Assembly: GCA_963693365.1 (NCBI GenBank)
Contig: CAVNZM010000013.1
Span: 5,756,640-5,820,639, forward strand
Reading direction: 5' to 3'
Length of the DNA: 64,000 nt
Origin: Amoebidium appalachense
Lineage: Eukaryota > Protista > Ichthyosporea
In this document: positions 27,225 to 39,126 of the stretch, in pieces
Position numbering within the stretch: the stretch's first letter is position 1
Layout: each line of letters opens with the position of its first letter
The notes under the pieces: generated by a model
What the model was told of the DNA's origin: nothing
Database searches by the model: none
What the model saw: only the letters and a program-made list of their open reading frames with translations
Made by a program: the position numbers and the translations under genes

Positions 27225-28627
27225 CTGCATGAACCTTGATCGCTCTGACCTGCACCACAATGAGACGTGCCAGAGTTGTTTCTGTGCTATTTACACACAC
27301 ACACACACACACACTCGGACTATCGGTTTGGCTTTTTTCAAGCCCAAAGCAATGGGTGATACCATATTTCCGGCTGACATCCGGGGGCATAGCTTTCCGT
27401 TCGAAGACGATAAAGTTCCGCCCTAGTAAGCGTGTTACTACCCTGCGGCGTGGGTCAAATCTCATATTTTTCCCCTCTGATTGCGAATTCTGCGGCCTTC
27501 GGGACTTAATTCTTTTCAGCTGGTGTAGTATGTTAGCCAGGGAAGTATCGACTTAGGTATCGACGGGGGAGCTTCCTAGAAGCCCCGTCTCCTGAGTTCC
27601 TATCTATATTTTTCTTGCTTCTGCTTACTGCTGCAACTTTAACCCCCGGCCTTTCCCACTGCCCTTGCCTGCATAAGCAACCCTGCTCGTCTCTGATCAA
27701 GACGGGTGACCTACTCATGTTCAAGTGAAACAGTATCTGAGTTGGGTTTCGTTAACGAGGGGAATAGGTCGAAACTCGGGTACTGTGGATGACGTGGGCC
27801 CCCCCTGAGGATGGGCTCTGCTTATTATGCATACTCTTTATGTATGGCTTGCATTCTGCATCGTGTTATCCGTTTGTTCTTGTGTACTTCGTACTTTTTG
27901 ACGCATTCAAAACCCCCCCCCCCTCCCCTCCCACCCTTTCCCCCTGCCCGGGCTCCAGGGGGACCCTTACTTTCGCACCCACATGTCTACCTGATCCCCC
28001 CCGACCCGCCTATCCCTCGAGGCTTTCATTTATAGCAATCACGACTGCACCTTCATCCGTGCTTGCCTAATCTGATCACACGGCTCTGCAGGACACCACT
28101 ATGGAGGAAGGTGATGATGACGAGGAGGATGAGGAAGACGAGGACGCGGTTGAGGAGGAAGGGAACGAGGATGAGGAAGACGAGAAAGAGAACGGGGAGG
28201 GAGAGGACGAGGAGAGCATAACAGACATGGACGGGCACGATGTGACCACTTCAGACGATGACGTATGGAAGCCAGACCACGAGGAGGGGGATGAGAACGA
28301 GGACGAGGAGATCGATTACGAGGTCGAGGATGATGACAACGAGGATGACAGCGAGATCGAGGACGACGAGGAGTTTGAGCTGATGGAGGACGAGGACGGG
28401 GATGTTTCCGAGGATGAGGATGCTAACGAGGTAGAGGATGAATATGACGAGGAGGAGGAAATGAACGAGGAAGAGGAGGAGGCCATGGAGGCACAGGTGC
28501 AGGCGGCACTGCAGAAGCTTCTGGAAGTGAAGCCGAAGAAGGGCTCACAGAAGAAGGTGTGTGTTTGTTATTGTCGTTTTATATGATTGTTTGTTGTTGT
28601 TGTTATCATCATTGTATCTGTGTGTGG

Positions 28628-28685
<58 letters not shown>

Positions 28686-31604
28686 AGAGAGATGGGTGGG
28701 GGTGGGATTGAGAGGGGGCCGGGGTCCGGGTAGGGGTCATCAATTGAGAGAGAATATATGAAGGAGCATAATGAGGAACATGTTGCCTTGTAGGCCCAGC
28801 ACAATGGTGTCTTTGCGCAAATGGGATGGCAACCTCAATGCGCCTCTTTGTACATGGGGGGGGGGGGGGGGGGGGGGGGGGTGGCGGTGGTGGTGTGCGT
28901 TTGGGGGGGGGGGGGGGGGGGGGGGGGGGCATGTGAGGGGGCACGGCCTCCTCACGGTGGGGTGGGTGCGAGTAAGGCTCATGTGGAGCATATTTATGGG
29001 TGTGTGTACGCGAGAATGTTTTCTTGCCGTGGCTGCAGATAGTGTGCCTCTATGTGAGACATAGACTGGAGTTGGCACCTGCCACACACAGCACACGCTT
29101 ACATGCTCTTACTTCTCCGGTTGCATGTATCCAGCAAATTGGTGTTGTCTTGGTAGGCACGGAAATAGGCACTCTAGCACACACAAGCGCGCGCGCACAC
29201 ACACACATTCACACATATATACACGCGGGCACACAGACACACACACACACACACAGAAATGCGCATGAAGATGCAGATTCGTGTGCACACAGAAGCACAT
29301 GTGCACGTACACACACGTATTTGTGTGTGTGTGTGTGTGTGTGTGTGTACAAATAATACTGATAACCGTTGCTCCAAATACCCCAATCGACCACACCTGC
29401 GAACACATGCCGCAGGCAACAACAATGCCAGTCAACACGCACATACACAAATACACATAAATATGCAAGTGCGCACACACACACACACACACACACACAA
29501 ATCCCTAACAATGCTACCCTCCCCCCTCTTCCCTCCCGCCTCCACTACCCGATGCAGGCCACACCTGCCAAACCCACACCTCAGGCAGCCAAGCCGCAAA
29601 CCCCCCAGGCCTCTGCCCCAGCCAAGCCTGCCCCCAGCACAAACCCCAAGCAGCAAAAGGCCCCGGCATCCACGGCCCCAAAACCTCCTGCTACGGCCCC
29701 ACCTGCAAACGCGCAAAAGGTGGTTGTTTTGTGTGTTGGCGTGGTGTGTGGTGTGTGGGTGCATGTGCAAGACAGTGTGTATATGTGTGCGCGCGCACAC
29801 GCCCACACACACACACACAAAGAGACACGCACAGAGACACGCACACACACAATACTCACACACCACATACGACACATGCACACCTCGAACCATGCATCAC
29901 ACGCTCATGTATGTAGAGTAGGGGTTTAACTTTTTCTGTTGCTTTGCCTAAGGGGGTCGCTCTGACTTTTTGCATTCACCCCCCCCCCCCCCCCCCCCCC
30001 CTCTCCCTTGGCTAGTTGTTGCCACAGTATTATCGGCAAACTTGATTTAACCCCACCACCACCATGTGTTATGATCTAAAGAGTCGAACCCCACTTTTAA
30101 GCCATAGGAACCGTCCTTGACTGTGGGGTCTGTCCAGGTTTTTTCTGCTTTCACGTTTTGTATTCGTCTTCTATGTTTTTACTCGTGTGAATCATAAATG
30201 TGGCCGCTTCCATTTGTTCCATCCCCTTGTGCATACCCTCCCCCCACCCACCCCACCCCTCTTCCCTTGTGGCTATCCCCTCCCCCCCCCCCCCCCCCCT
30301 CCCCCTCCCCCCGCCCTCTGGTGGCCACGATGTTTTAGGATTGGTGCTGACGGGTGCATGTGGCAGTCCAAACAGGACACGGCACAGGCTAAGCCCGCAA
30401 CACAACAGCAGAAACAGAACGGTTCACCAAAGGCACCCCAACAACAACAGAGTGCACAGGTAGCCTAGCAAACTTCCCCCTTCCCCCCTGCTGCCTTTCC
30501 TGAGAAGAGAATGAGAGAGGAGGAGGAGGAGGGAAGAGAGGGGGAGGGGGGGGGGGGGGGGGGGGGGAGATGAAGGAAAACATGCAAGGAAAGAAGAAAA
30601 TTTCTGCGGGGATAGCGTCGGAAACATTTTGTGTAGCTTTTGATTTTTTTTTTGTGTGTGGTCTGCATGATGTACCTGCTGTTGTGGTGGGCTTCATGTC
30701 AACTCAAATCCATAGCCATCTGCCTGCTTCATTACCCCTTACGTGGTTTGGCCCTTTGACCTTTTTGTTTTTTTTTTCTTTATGCGGATTGCATTGCTTT
30801 AATGACCGATATGAATCTATGTGTGCCTCGGTTTCCTTTTTCTCTTTCTTTTTCTTTTTCTTTTTTTTTTCCCCCCTTTTTGCTGGATGTGCGTGCGTAG
30901 CTGCTGGAATTATTCATAATGATTTTTTATGTTGGTGCTGACACTTGTGTGCTTGTGTGTGGCAGGGTACCCCCAACCAAAAGCCCCAACAGAAGCAGCC
31001 GTCGTCGGCACCTGTAAAGGGCGCAGCCCAGACCCCAGCTACCACTAAGGTATGTGCGCACGTGTGTGGGTGGTGGGTGGCGTGTGTGTGTGTGTGTGTG
31101 TGCTCGTGTGTGCTCGTGTGTGCTCGTGTGTGCATGTGTGTGTGTGTGTGTTTTCTTGGGTGGTATGGGGCTGTATATTTTCGTGCTTGAATCAGAATGT
31201 CTATCTATGTTGGTGTGAATCTGTGTGGTAAGTGTCGGTAAGCAAGCACATTGAGACTGCCCGTTTTGTCATTTTGGGTATTTACTGTCTGCACAATGGT
31301 TTACTGACAGGGTGTGTGTTTTTAGGGCCCAGTGAAGAAGGCACCGGGCACGGAGCCACCACCCAGCAAGAAGAAGGTGCAGATTGTGCTGCAAAACAAC
31401 ATGGTCAAAGGTATAACCCCTCACCTCTCTCCCTCTCACTCCCTCCCTCCCTCCTGCTACCCAACCTCCAATCTTCTTCCCGCCTGCCCTCCTCCTCATA
31501 CTGTGCGCATGGCTGATGTTGCATACTTGAATGTTTGCCTTTGCATGTGTCCTGCACCATGCTTCTCATCGTGTATGCGTACTTTGTACTGTGTTCCGCA
31601 TTCA

Positions 31605-31652
<48 letters not shown>

Positions 31653-31798
31653 CCTCCCCCCCACCTACCTTTCGTTGGGACCAGCTCCTTCCGCCTTCCC
31701 GGCGTCCTTCATCCATCCCATCCTCCCCCCACCCCCTCCCTCTCTCCTTCCAGCTCTCTCTCGCTCTCTCTCTCTCTCTCTCGCCCCCCCCCCCCCCC

Positions 31799-31844
<46 letters not shown>

Positions 31845-32268
31845 TTCTCCCCCCCCCCCCCTCCCCCCCCCCTTTCCACCCCTCTCTCTCTGTGTGTCTA
31901 CCCTCAGTTGCTGTTTTCGTGAATAGCTGCCTGAATGATTTGTCTTATATTATTTTAATCTAATGGTTTGTCTTTTTTTTGTTTTGTTTTGTTTTGTTTT
32001 GTTGTTTCGTATTACGATGTGTTAGTGCAGACTCTGCTACGAAAGGTAGCCCTACGTATCAATTACATCCATCCCCTTGCCCCTCCATGCAGAGTTCAAC
32101 AAGCACCACCGGATTGCACGGCCCAACGCGCAGCCCATCTTCGACCCGACCAAGCAGCCGTCCAGCAGCGCACTGAAAAAGGTGTCTGCCTACGAGGGCA
32201 AGACCACGGCCCAGCCCAGGAGAAAGACACCATCAAGCACGCCGGTCAAACACGCGGGGTTCAAGTAG
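22684..32268 (+). CDS. RRP1: RRP1/Nop52-family nucleolar rRNA-processing protein with RRP1B-like acidic and C-terminal extension, ~12 exons
   Basis: Nop52 motifs KKLA..[48 protein letters not shown]. Exons: 22684-23010, 23299-23483, 24209-24333, 24845-24939, 25641-25751, 26517-26666, 28092-28556, 29558-29719, 30367-30459, 30966-31049, 31326-31410, 32093-32268. C-terminus KKVQIVLQNNMVKEF...FDPTKQP...LK resembles RRP1B. Confidence 0.9.
25814..25927. repeat. 48-bp intronic tandem repeat, ~2.4 copies
   Basis: Unit TGGGTAATGGGGGACGGAGACGGATTGGGGGCCTGGGGGAGGAGGTAA. Confidence 0.85.
27315..27912 (+). mobile_element. Penelope-like retroelement, subfamily A, 5'-truncated; ORF tail + 3' region with structured RNA
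   Basis: Starts directly after (CA)n and ends GACGCATTCAAAA followed by poly-C. 27678-27912 appears identical to the reverse complement of 63766-64000. The 5' end encodes RTIGLAFFKPKAMGDTIFPAD..* (stop at 27426), resembling the C-terminal motif of PLE reverse-transcriptase ORFs. Confidence 0.8.
27673..27825 (+). ncRNA. Multi-pseudoknotted structured RNA; candidate non-cyclically permuted hammerhead-like ribozyme
   Basis: Helices conserved between subfamilies A and B, several with compensatory changes. GU wobbles favour this strand. CUGAGGA 27805-27811, GAAA 27771-27774, GUU 27741-27743. Confidence 0.65.
31497..31606 (+). mobile_element. Subfamily B 3'-terminal fragment (RRP1 intron)
   Basis: Near-identical to the reverse complement of 537-646. 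Ends CATTCAAA followed by poly-C. Confidence 0.85.
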
Positions 32269-32757
32269 TATTCTGAATGGTTGAATGGGTGTCTGTGGTG
32301 TGGTGTGTTGATGGTTGCATCGGTGCATGTGCCTGCATGTGTGTGCTTGTGTGTGTGTGTGTGTGTGCACTTGTAGTTGTTTGAATGGAGAGAAGAATCC
32401 TGACGTCGGTCTGGATGGGTGGAGCGGCCTGCCGTATGTGGTTATATTCGTGTGTGTCAGTTGGTAGGCGGGTTTGTGTGTGCATGTGGGTGGGTAATTT
32501 TTTATTTTGGGGGGAAGGGGGGGGGGGGGGGGGGGGGGGGGGGGAAGAAGGATTCCAGCTGTTGCCCAGGCTCCCAGTGGTAGGGTTGTAAGAACTTGAA
32601 TTTCGTATGCATCTCTGTGTATGCTTTGAACGTGGATGATCTTATTAATACCACGTTTGAGCAGTTTGTTTCTTGCTTGTATGTGTTTTTTTCTGGTGGA
32701 AGACAAGTTGAACGTGTGCAAGCATGTGTTTGTGTGTGTGGGGGGGTGGGGAGGGAG

Positions 32758-32791
<34 letters not shown>

Positions 32792-33811
32792 GCTTTGGTT
32801 CTTTTCATTACAAAAGTCGACTGATGGTTTTGTAACAGGCCTATATAACACGAGCCAGCATTTATAGTTGTGGATGCATGTAAATATACGGTGCACATTT
32901 ACCTTTGCAAACGACAGTCCGTCTCACTGAACAAATAATTTATCATAAACTATCTGAATCTCCAAACGCTGTGCAGACGTGTGTGTCGTCCTGTATGTGG
33001 TTACAGTGTCACGCGTATTTGTAAACACACTGTTTACACACGTGTGCAACTTACAGCATAGTATTTTCTTAGGTGCAGAAGCCTGCTATGTATTTCTGCA
33101 TGTGTCTACAGTGTACACGTGTACGCGTGAGCACACGTGTTGATGTGGCCGTTACCGACACCATCGTCATTTTGAAACCAATCCGATGCCGCATCATATG
33201 ACCATATATGGTCTTACTCCTTACGTAAGTGTTGACTGTGCGCCCGTGGCCAATCAGATTGTCCAAAACTTGGCGCCACCGGTTGCTCAGCTCGAGCGCA
33301 CCGGCCGCGTACTACGCAGCGGGCGGCGCCGTGCCTCGCTCATGATCAGCGGCCGAAATGTCGTTTCTTCGCTTTCTTCAAAGGTTTTTTGGGCCATCCT
33401 GCCATGGTTACGTTTGAGTTCTCTTGGTTTTTTTGGTTAGCAACTCGTTAGGCGGCAGAAAGTTACACAGAAGTTTCATGAGCACTAACTGCGCCAGAAG
33501 AGATTCACACTAGCTCCATACACGTTCAGCGAACAATTCTCCCTCCCTCCTTTGTGTCACCGTCAAGCTCTCTTTCTTTGTTATATGCTTGCTTCCCCTC
33601 GCTACTCATCGCCCCCATTCCTCCTGAAACTCCTCTTTTCTCCTCTCTCATCACACTGGATTCATGTACATTCAATAATGCACATTGACGTGCATATTCT
33701 GGTGTTTACCCTATAACGCATGGCCGTTGGAGACATGACTGTACCCAGTCTAAACAAAGCAAATACTTTTTAAAGATTTCCCTTTAATTGTACCAATGTT
33801 CCACCGCAAAC

Positions 33812-34544
33812 ATGACGCGAGAGTTATACAGAAGACGAAGCCCCTCGCGTGCATCCACCCCAAATAGGCTGCTAGAGCCAGCACCTCCACCACACTCTCC
33901 TGCGCTGGTAGTGACATCCTACGAGAATGACACCAACATGCAAAACGCGGGCGAAAGTGAAAGCAAGGATGCGGGGGAGAGCGGGATAGTGGCGGAGATA
34001 ACAGCACACGCGCAGGCCTGCGAGCGGATAATCCAGCAGACAAAAGATAACCCACCAGCGGGAAACTCAAATGACATCATACAGAGCCTTTTGAACATGA
34101 ACCTGTGGCAGGCAAAGTTGATAGAAGAGCAGAGCACAACCATTGAGCAGTTGAGAAAGGAGCTCGAGGACACAAAAAGAGACAGAGACCAGAAAACTGC
34201 ACGATTGGAGAGGCAGGTGGCCTTGAAGGAGAGGCTCTCTGCACGGCTACCGCAGCCACCCGTCCCGTCAAAGCTGCACAGGCAAAGGCCTGACGGGAAG
34301 CCGCCAAGGTCAAAAGGTAAGGACCGGGATAATGTGTATGTGTCAACGTGTGCAGGCGGGGGTGGGGGGGGGGCATGGGGGGGTGTTTCTCAATAAGGAA
34401 AGGAGGGAGTGGTGGGAGAGGAAGGGAGAGGGAGAGAGATCGTTTGTGGGAGATGGAAAAGGGTGTGAGGGTTGGAAGGGGAGGGAGGCGGAGAGGGGGG
34501 GGGGGGGGGGGGGGGAGAAAGAGAGAGAGAGGGGGGGGGGGGGG

Positions 34545-34581
<37 letters not shown>

Positions 34582-34992
34582 AGAGGGAGGGAGAGAGAGA
34601 GCTGATCTTGTACAGCATTCGCCTAAAGGTTCAGTGTGACGGGTCCAAAGGTTTGATGGAAGAATGGGGGGACTACCACGGATAGCACGGGAAAAACAAA
34701 CACATGAATAGCAATTGGTGTCTGCATGTTTAGCGCGGATGTTGAGGCATGAGTGACCACCATTCTGAAGTCTTTTAGTTTTCACAAATTGTGCAGCTTC
34801 AGAGCCTAATGTTCCAGAAAGCCCATCTTGCTCCGCATATCAACCCACTTTGACAGTAGCACATGGATACACACGAAGAAAAGTTTTTTTAAATGCAAAC
34901 ACACATCTCTCTCTTTCTCTCTCCTCTTCCCCCTTTCTCTCCCTCCCCTCCCTCCCTCCCTCCTTCCCCCCCTCCCCCTCTCCCTCTCCCTC

Positions 34993-35031
<39 letters not shown>

Positions 35032-35184
35032 CTGTGTATGTGTGTGTGTGTATATATATATATATATCCACACACACAGACACACACACACACACACATA
35101 CATACATACATACATATACACCCATCTATCCGCCTATCCATTTGTTCACCTGTCATCCCCCTTTGCTCTGTGCGCCCACGTATG

Positions 35185-35238
<54 letters not shown>

Positions 35239-36311
35239 CTTGTCGGCGTGAGCTGCATTGTATTGCCCCGGTTTCCCTTGGTATATGTGTACTTCATGCT
35301 TTGCAACCCCTTCTTACCCACCACTCGCCCACCCACTCACCCACCTCAACTCCCCGTGCCCTCACCCACCCATTCAACCCTAGTAATATCTCTCTCGCTC
35401 CCTTTCTCTTTCTGCCCACCCCCAACCCCCTTGCAACCACCCCCCCCCCCCCCCCCCCCCCCCCAATCATTGCCACCTGCATTGTATTGTCCATAATGAA
35501 TGTGTACTTCATGCTCTGTAACACATCCTAACCCTCTCTCCCCCCCCCCCACCTCCCTCCCCTCAGTGCTTGGAGGTGCAGCGTCAGACACATCGACTCG
35601 TGGCACACGTGAGGGCAGTGCACCCCCCCGCAGCGCCCCAGGGCTTGCAATTGCACCAGTAGAGGAGCCAGAGCCCCAGATCGAATATGTGGAGGTGGAC
35701 CAGCCCTATGGATTGGGGCCCCCACAGCCCCCACCTGTTGAGAATATACTGGGTATGTACGTTTGTGTGTGTTTTTTTTGTTTTGTTTTTTTTTTTTTTT
35801 TTTGGGGGGGGGGGGGGGGGGGGAGAAGGAGACGGGAAAGGAAGATAAGGGATATGTGTGGGGATGGAAAGGAGGGAGGGAGGCTGGGTGTATGTGTTGG
35901 GGGGGTGGGAGGGGGGGAAAGAGGGATGGGGGGTCTCGTCGAGTGGAGGGGGAGGGTCTCGAAGCATGTGTGTGTGTGTGTGTGTGTGTCTTTGGGGGGA
36001 GGGGGGGAGGGGGGGGGTAAAGCAGTGTGTGACAAGAAGTTAGCTTGCAGATGTGGTCGTCTTGTTTGTGTGTATGTAGGGGAGGGGGGGGGGGGGGGGG
36101 GGGGTTGAATGGTGGGTGTACGGGTGTGGCTGTGGGTGTGTCTGGGGTGGCCTCCAAGGATGTGTTACGGCATAGGTCGTATGCGCCGTCACAACAGGCT
36201 TACAGAATTTGTATCACACGACCATTTCAAACACCCCGACACGCAAACATGCGGACACACCCACACACACCTACGCTGACTTACTCGCTTCCGTGCGCAC
36301 ACACGCACAGT

Positions 36312-36361
<50 letters not shown>

Positions 36362-36483
36362 GCCCACATGGCGATGTGGGCATGAGTCCGACGGTGAAAA
36401 GGCTGCCCTTGCTGCCGGGGGTCGAGCCACCCGACACGCCGTGGCTGCTGCAGGCGGGGAAGAGGAGGAGGTGGGTGAGGTGT

Positions 36484-36517
<34 letters not shown>

Positions 36518-36534
36518 CACGCGTGTGCGTGTGC

Positions 36535-36593
<59 letters not shown>

Positions 36594-36818
36594 CATGGTT
36601 GTTGTTTTGTTTCCGTGTTGTTGTGTGTTATTGGTACCTCAAATACACCACTTTTACCCCACGTTCCGTAAAGTGATAGGTGTGGTGGGTATGGATGTCT
36701 CTGTGTATGTGTATGCCTGTGTCTGCCTCTTGTTTACCTGCCTGTGCATGTATACCAGCCGGGTGGCCGATGGAATGGATGACGGAGAATCCGGGGGTTT
36801 GGGGGGAGGGGGGGGGGG

Positions 36819-36852
<34 letters not shown>

Positions 36853-38504
36853 GGGGGGGGACACAAACACGTACACCAACACCCACAAACATGTCCACAC
36901 AAACACACCTAAGAGAACAACTTGTCAGGGGGGGGGGGGAGGGGGGGAGGGGGGGGGGGGGGGGGGGTAGAGAGAGAGGGGTGGGAGAGAGAGAGATGAG
37001 AGTGAGAGTGAAAGAGAGAATGAGAGAGATTACCAGACGGTGCATCATCTAAAACACAATTCACTGTCAATGTGCGTGTTTGTGTGTGCTCTTGTCCGTT
37101 TAGCCTGGGTATAGTGCAAAGCGTGTTGTTTCTTGACAATGTGCTCCTTTGTGGTATGCAAATCCATATTTCGTGCAACAACCTCACACACATGCACTCT
37201 TCTCTCTCTCTCTCCCCCTCCCACCCCCACCCACCACCCTCCCTGTGTAATCCCTAGTCTTCCCCACCATAACCATGACCCATAATCGTTCAAGTCCCTA
37301 ACCCTTCCCCTTCCCCCCCCCCCCCCCCCCCCCCCCCCTCGCCCCCCGCTATGCCAATCAGGACATAACCGACGAAGCCTTCGAGCTACGCCACAAGAAA
37401 TTCGAACAGCTCGAAAGGCGAAGACGCAAAACAGAACGCGAACAACTGCTTTTGCAAATACACCACCAGCGAACCGGGTTGAGCCCGCTCCCCGCCGCGG
37501 GCCAGTTCGGACGGGGGATAAAACGGCCCTACTCTTTTTGGCCCGACCCGTTTACCCACTTGAAGACGATCGAAGTGACGGAGAAACTTCCGCTTGCGGC
37601 CTTTGGGTGCCCTGTTCCCCCGGTGCAGGAACAAGCGTTTAAGTTGCCGAAGAAATCGCACACGGAGTCGTATTCGTTCTATGGCGAACTGCAGTTTGCT
37701 AAGTACAGGCGAAGGCAACAACACAGTCACATACAGACGCGGAGTTCAGCGGAAGCGGCGGCGGTGGCGGCGGCGGCGGCGGCGGCGAAGGAGGATGGGA
37801 AAACGGAGGGGGGTGGGAATGAAAAGGAAAAGGAAAAAGAGGAGAAGAACGTGAAAGAAAAAGTGGTGGAAGGACGGGACGGAGAGACGAAGGAAGCGCA
37901 TGCACAGGGAGAGGCGAAAGAGGAGGGAAAGGCGGGAAAGGAAGGTGCGTTAGAAGAGATGGGAGTAGGGGGAGAGGGGAGGAAGGGAAGGGAAGAGGGG
38001 GACTCCCAACAACCGACAGAGAATGTTAAGACGGAGGGGGATGGAGGGGGAGGCGGTGTTGTCTACACGGATGAAGATGATATACCAATACGAGAGACCA
38101 TTCCACACATCCACCCGCACGAACACCCCACATCCACGGACGCGGGGACGGAAACAACACCGCAACCTGTGAGCGGTGGTGTTGGCGGTGGCGGTGGTGG
38201 TGGTGGTGGTGGTGGTGGTGGTGGGGAACATAATCTCCGGAGACAGAGTTCGTTTTCTGTTCCTGTGCCTGTACCTGCGCGTGGCGTGAGGGCGTTAAGG
38301 AAGTTGGGGAGCCGATCTTTGTCGCATGGGCCCGGAACACCAGAACAACAACAACATGAAGAGGATGGGAAAGAAAGGGAGATGAATTTTGGGGCGGTGA
38401 ACGGAAGTTTGAGTGAGGGGAGGGGCGAGGGAAGGGGTGGGGGTAGGTCTAGAAGGAACAAGGCAACACATGTGGGATATTCGGAGCAGGGCAATGTGTC
38501 GTAG
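33812..38504 (+). CDS. MSL1: MSL1-like (male-specific lethal 1) coiled-coil + PEHE-domain protein
   Basis: Exons: 33812-34316, 35567-35752, 36361-36470, 37362-38504, phases consistent. Coiled coil QAKLIEEQ..IEQL..RD..ARLER. PEHE motifs VPTWR, EDITDEAFELRHKKFEQLERRRR, SFWPDP..IEV.EKLPLAAFGCPVP..FKLP. The start codon may lie further upstream. Confidence 0.8.
35253..35534 (+). mobile_element. Two decayed 3'-end fragments of the retroelement family (35253-35310, 35477-35534; MSL1 intron)
   Basis: CTGCATTGTATTGTCC..TGTGTACTTCATGCTCTGTAACACATCCTAACCC versus A CTGCATCGTGTTATCC..TGTGTACTTCGTACTTTTTGACGCATTCAAAACCC. Confidence 0.55.
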
Positions 38505-38513
38505 ATTGCGGGG

Positions 38514-38548
<35 letters not shown>

Positions 38549-39126
38549 TGTACAGGTTGTAGTAGAGTTTTTTGTTTTTTGTTTTTTTTCTTGCTATCAA
38601 ATCGACCCCCCACTTGAAGTCACTATCCTGGCTTGTGATAATACGGGAGTCTTTGTGGTTTTCTGACCGTGGCTTTTTGGATAAACATTGTGGGTGGGGA
38701 GCGCTGCATGGTTAAATATCACGGTTTGTTTGGTACTGACCATTTAAAGGTTACTGGGCCATTATGTGAATATTCAAGAATACAGGAATATGCATGACTA
38801 TTTGCAATGAATTGATGTTTGCAAATATTAGTGAGGACCATATTTGTGCGATCGTATGCTTTAGGTGCTATTTGAAACTTCAACCTCAATCGAAATCGCC
38901 ACAGAAAACAAGTTGAACAACGAATTAATTAGGTGGCGCTAAGAATCTGAAATGGGTGGTTTTGTGCCCATACATACGACGTCGCCAATGTGTATAGGCG
39001 CTATCTACTGCAGTATCTAGCCTACTGAATAAATCAAGCGCTGCTTAATGGATGAATATCATTGGTCCATCGATGAATATGTGTGGTTTGGACTTCTCGT
39101 GCTCCTGGACCATTAATTTGACTTAT

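Noticed and set aside
27693-27731. Conventional type I hammerhead from CTGATCA...GAAAC
   Set aside because: CTGATCA breaks the G8 consensus, reads TTGATCA in subfamily B and sits in a hairpin loop. This GAAAC (27727-31) is not conserved in B.
27788-27793. Conserved GATGAC as the hammerhead core or a C/D box
   Set aside because: It reads TGGATGA in A and TTGATGA in B, so it lacks C3. It overlaps a covarying helix, and no box D/terminal-stem arrangement is apparent.
28101-28586. Stand-alone acidic protein ORF
   Set aside because: It is an internal exon (28092-28556) of RRP1 with matching splice phases.
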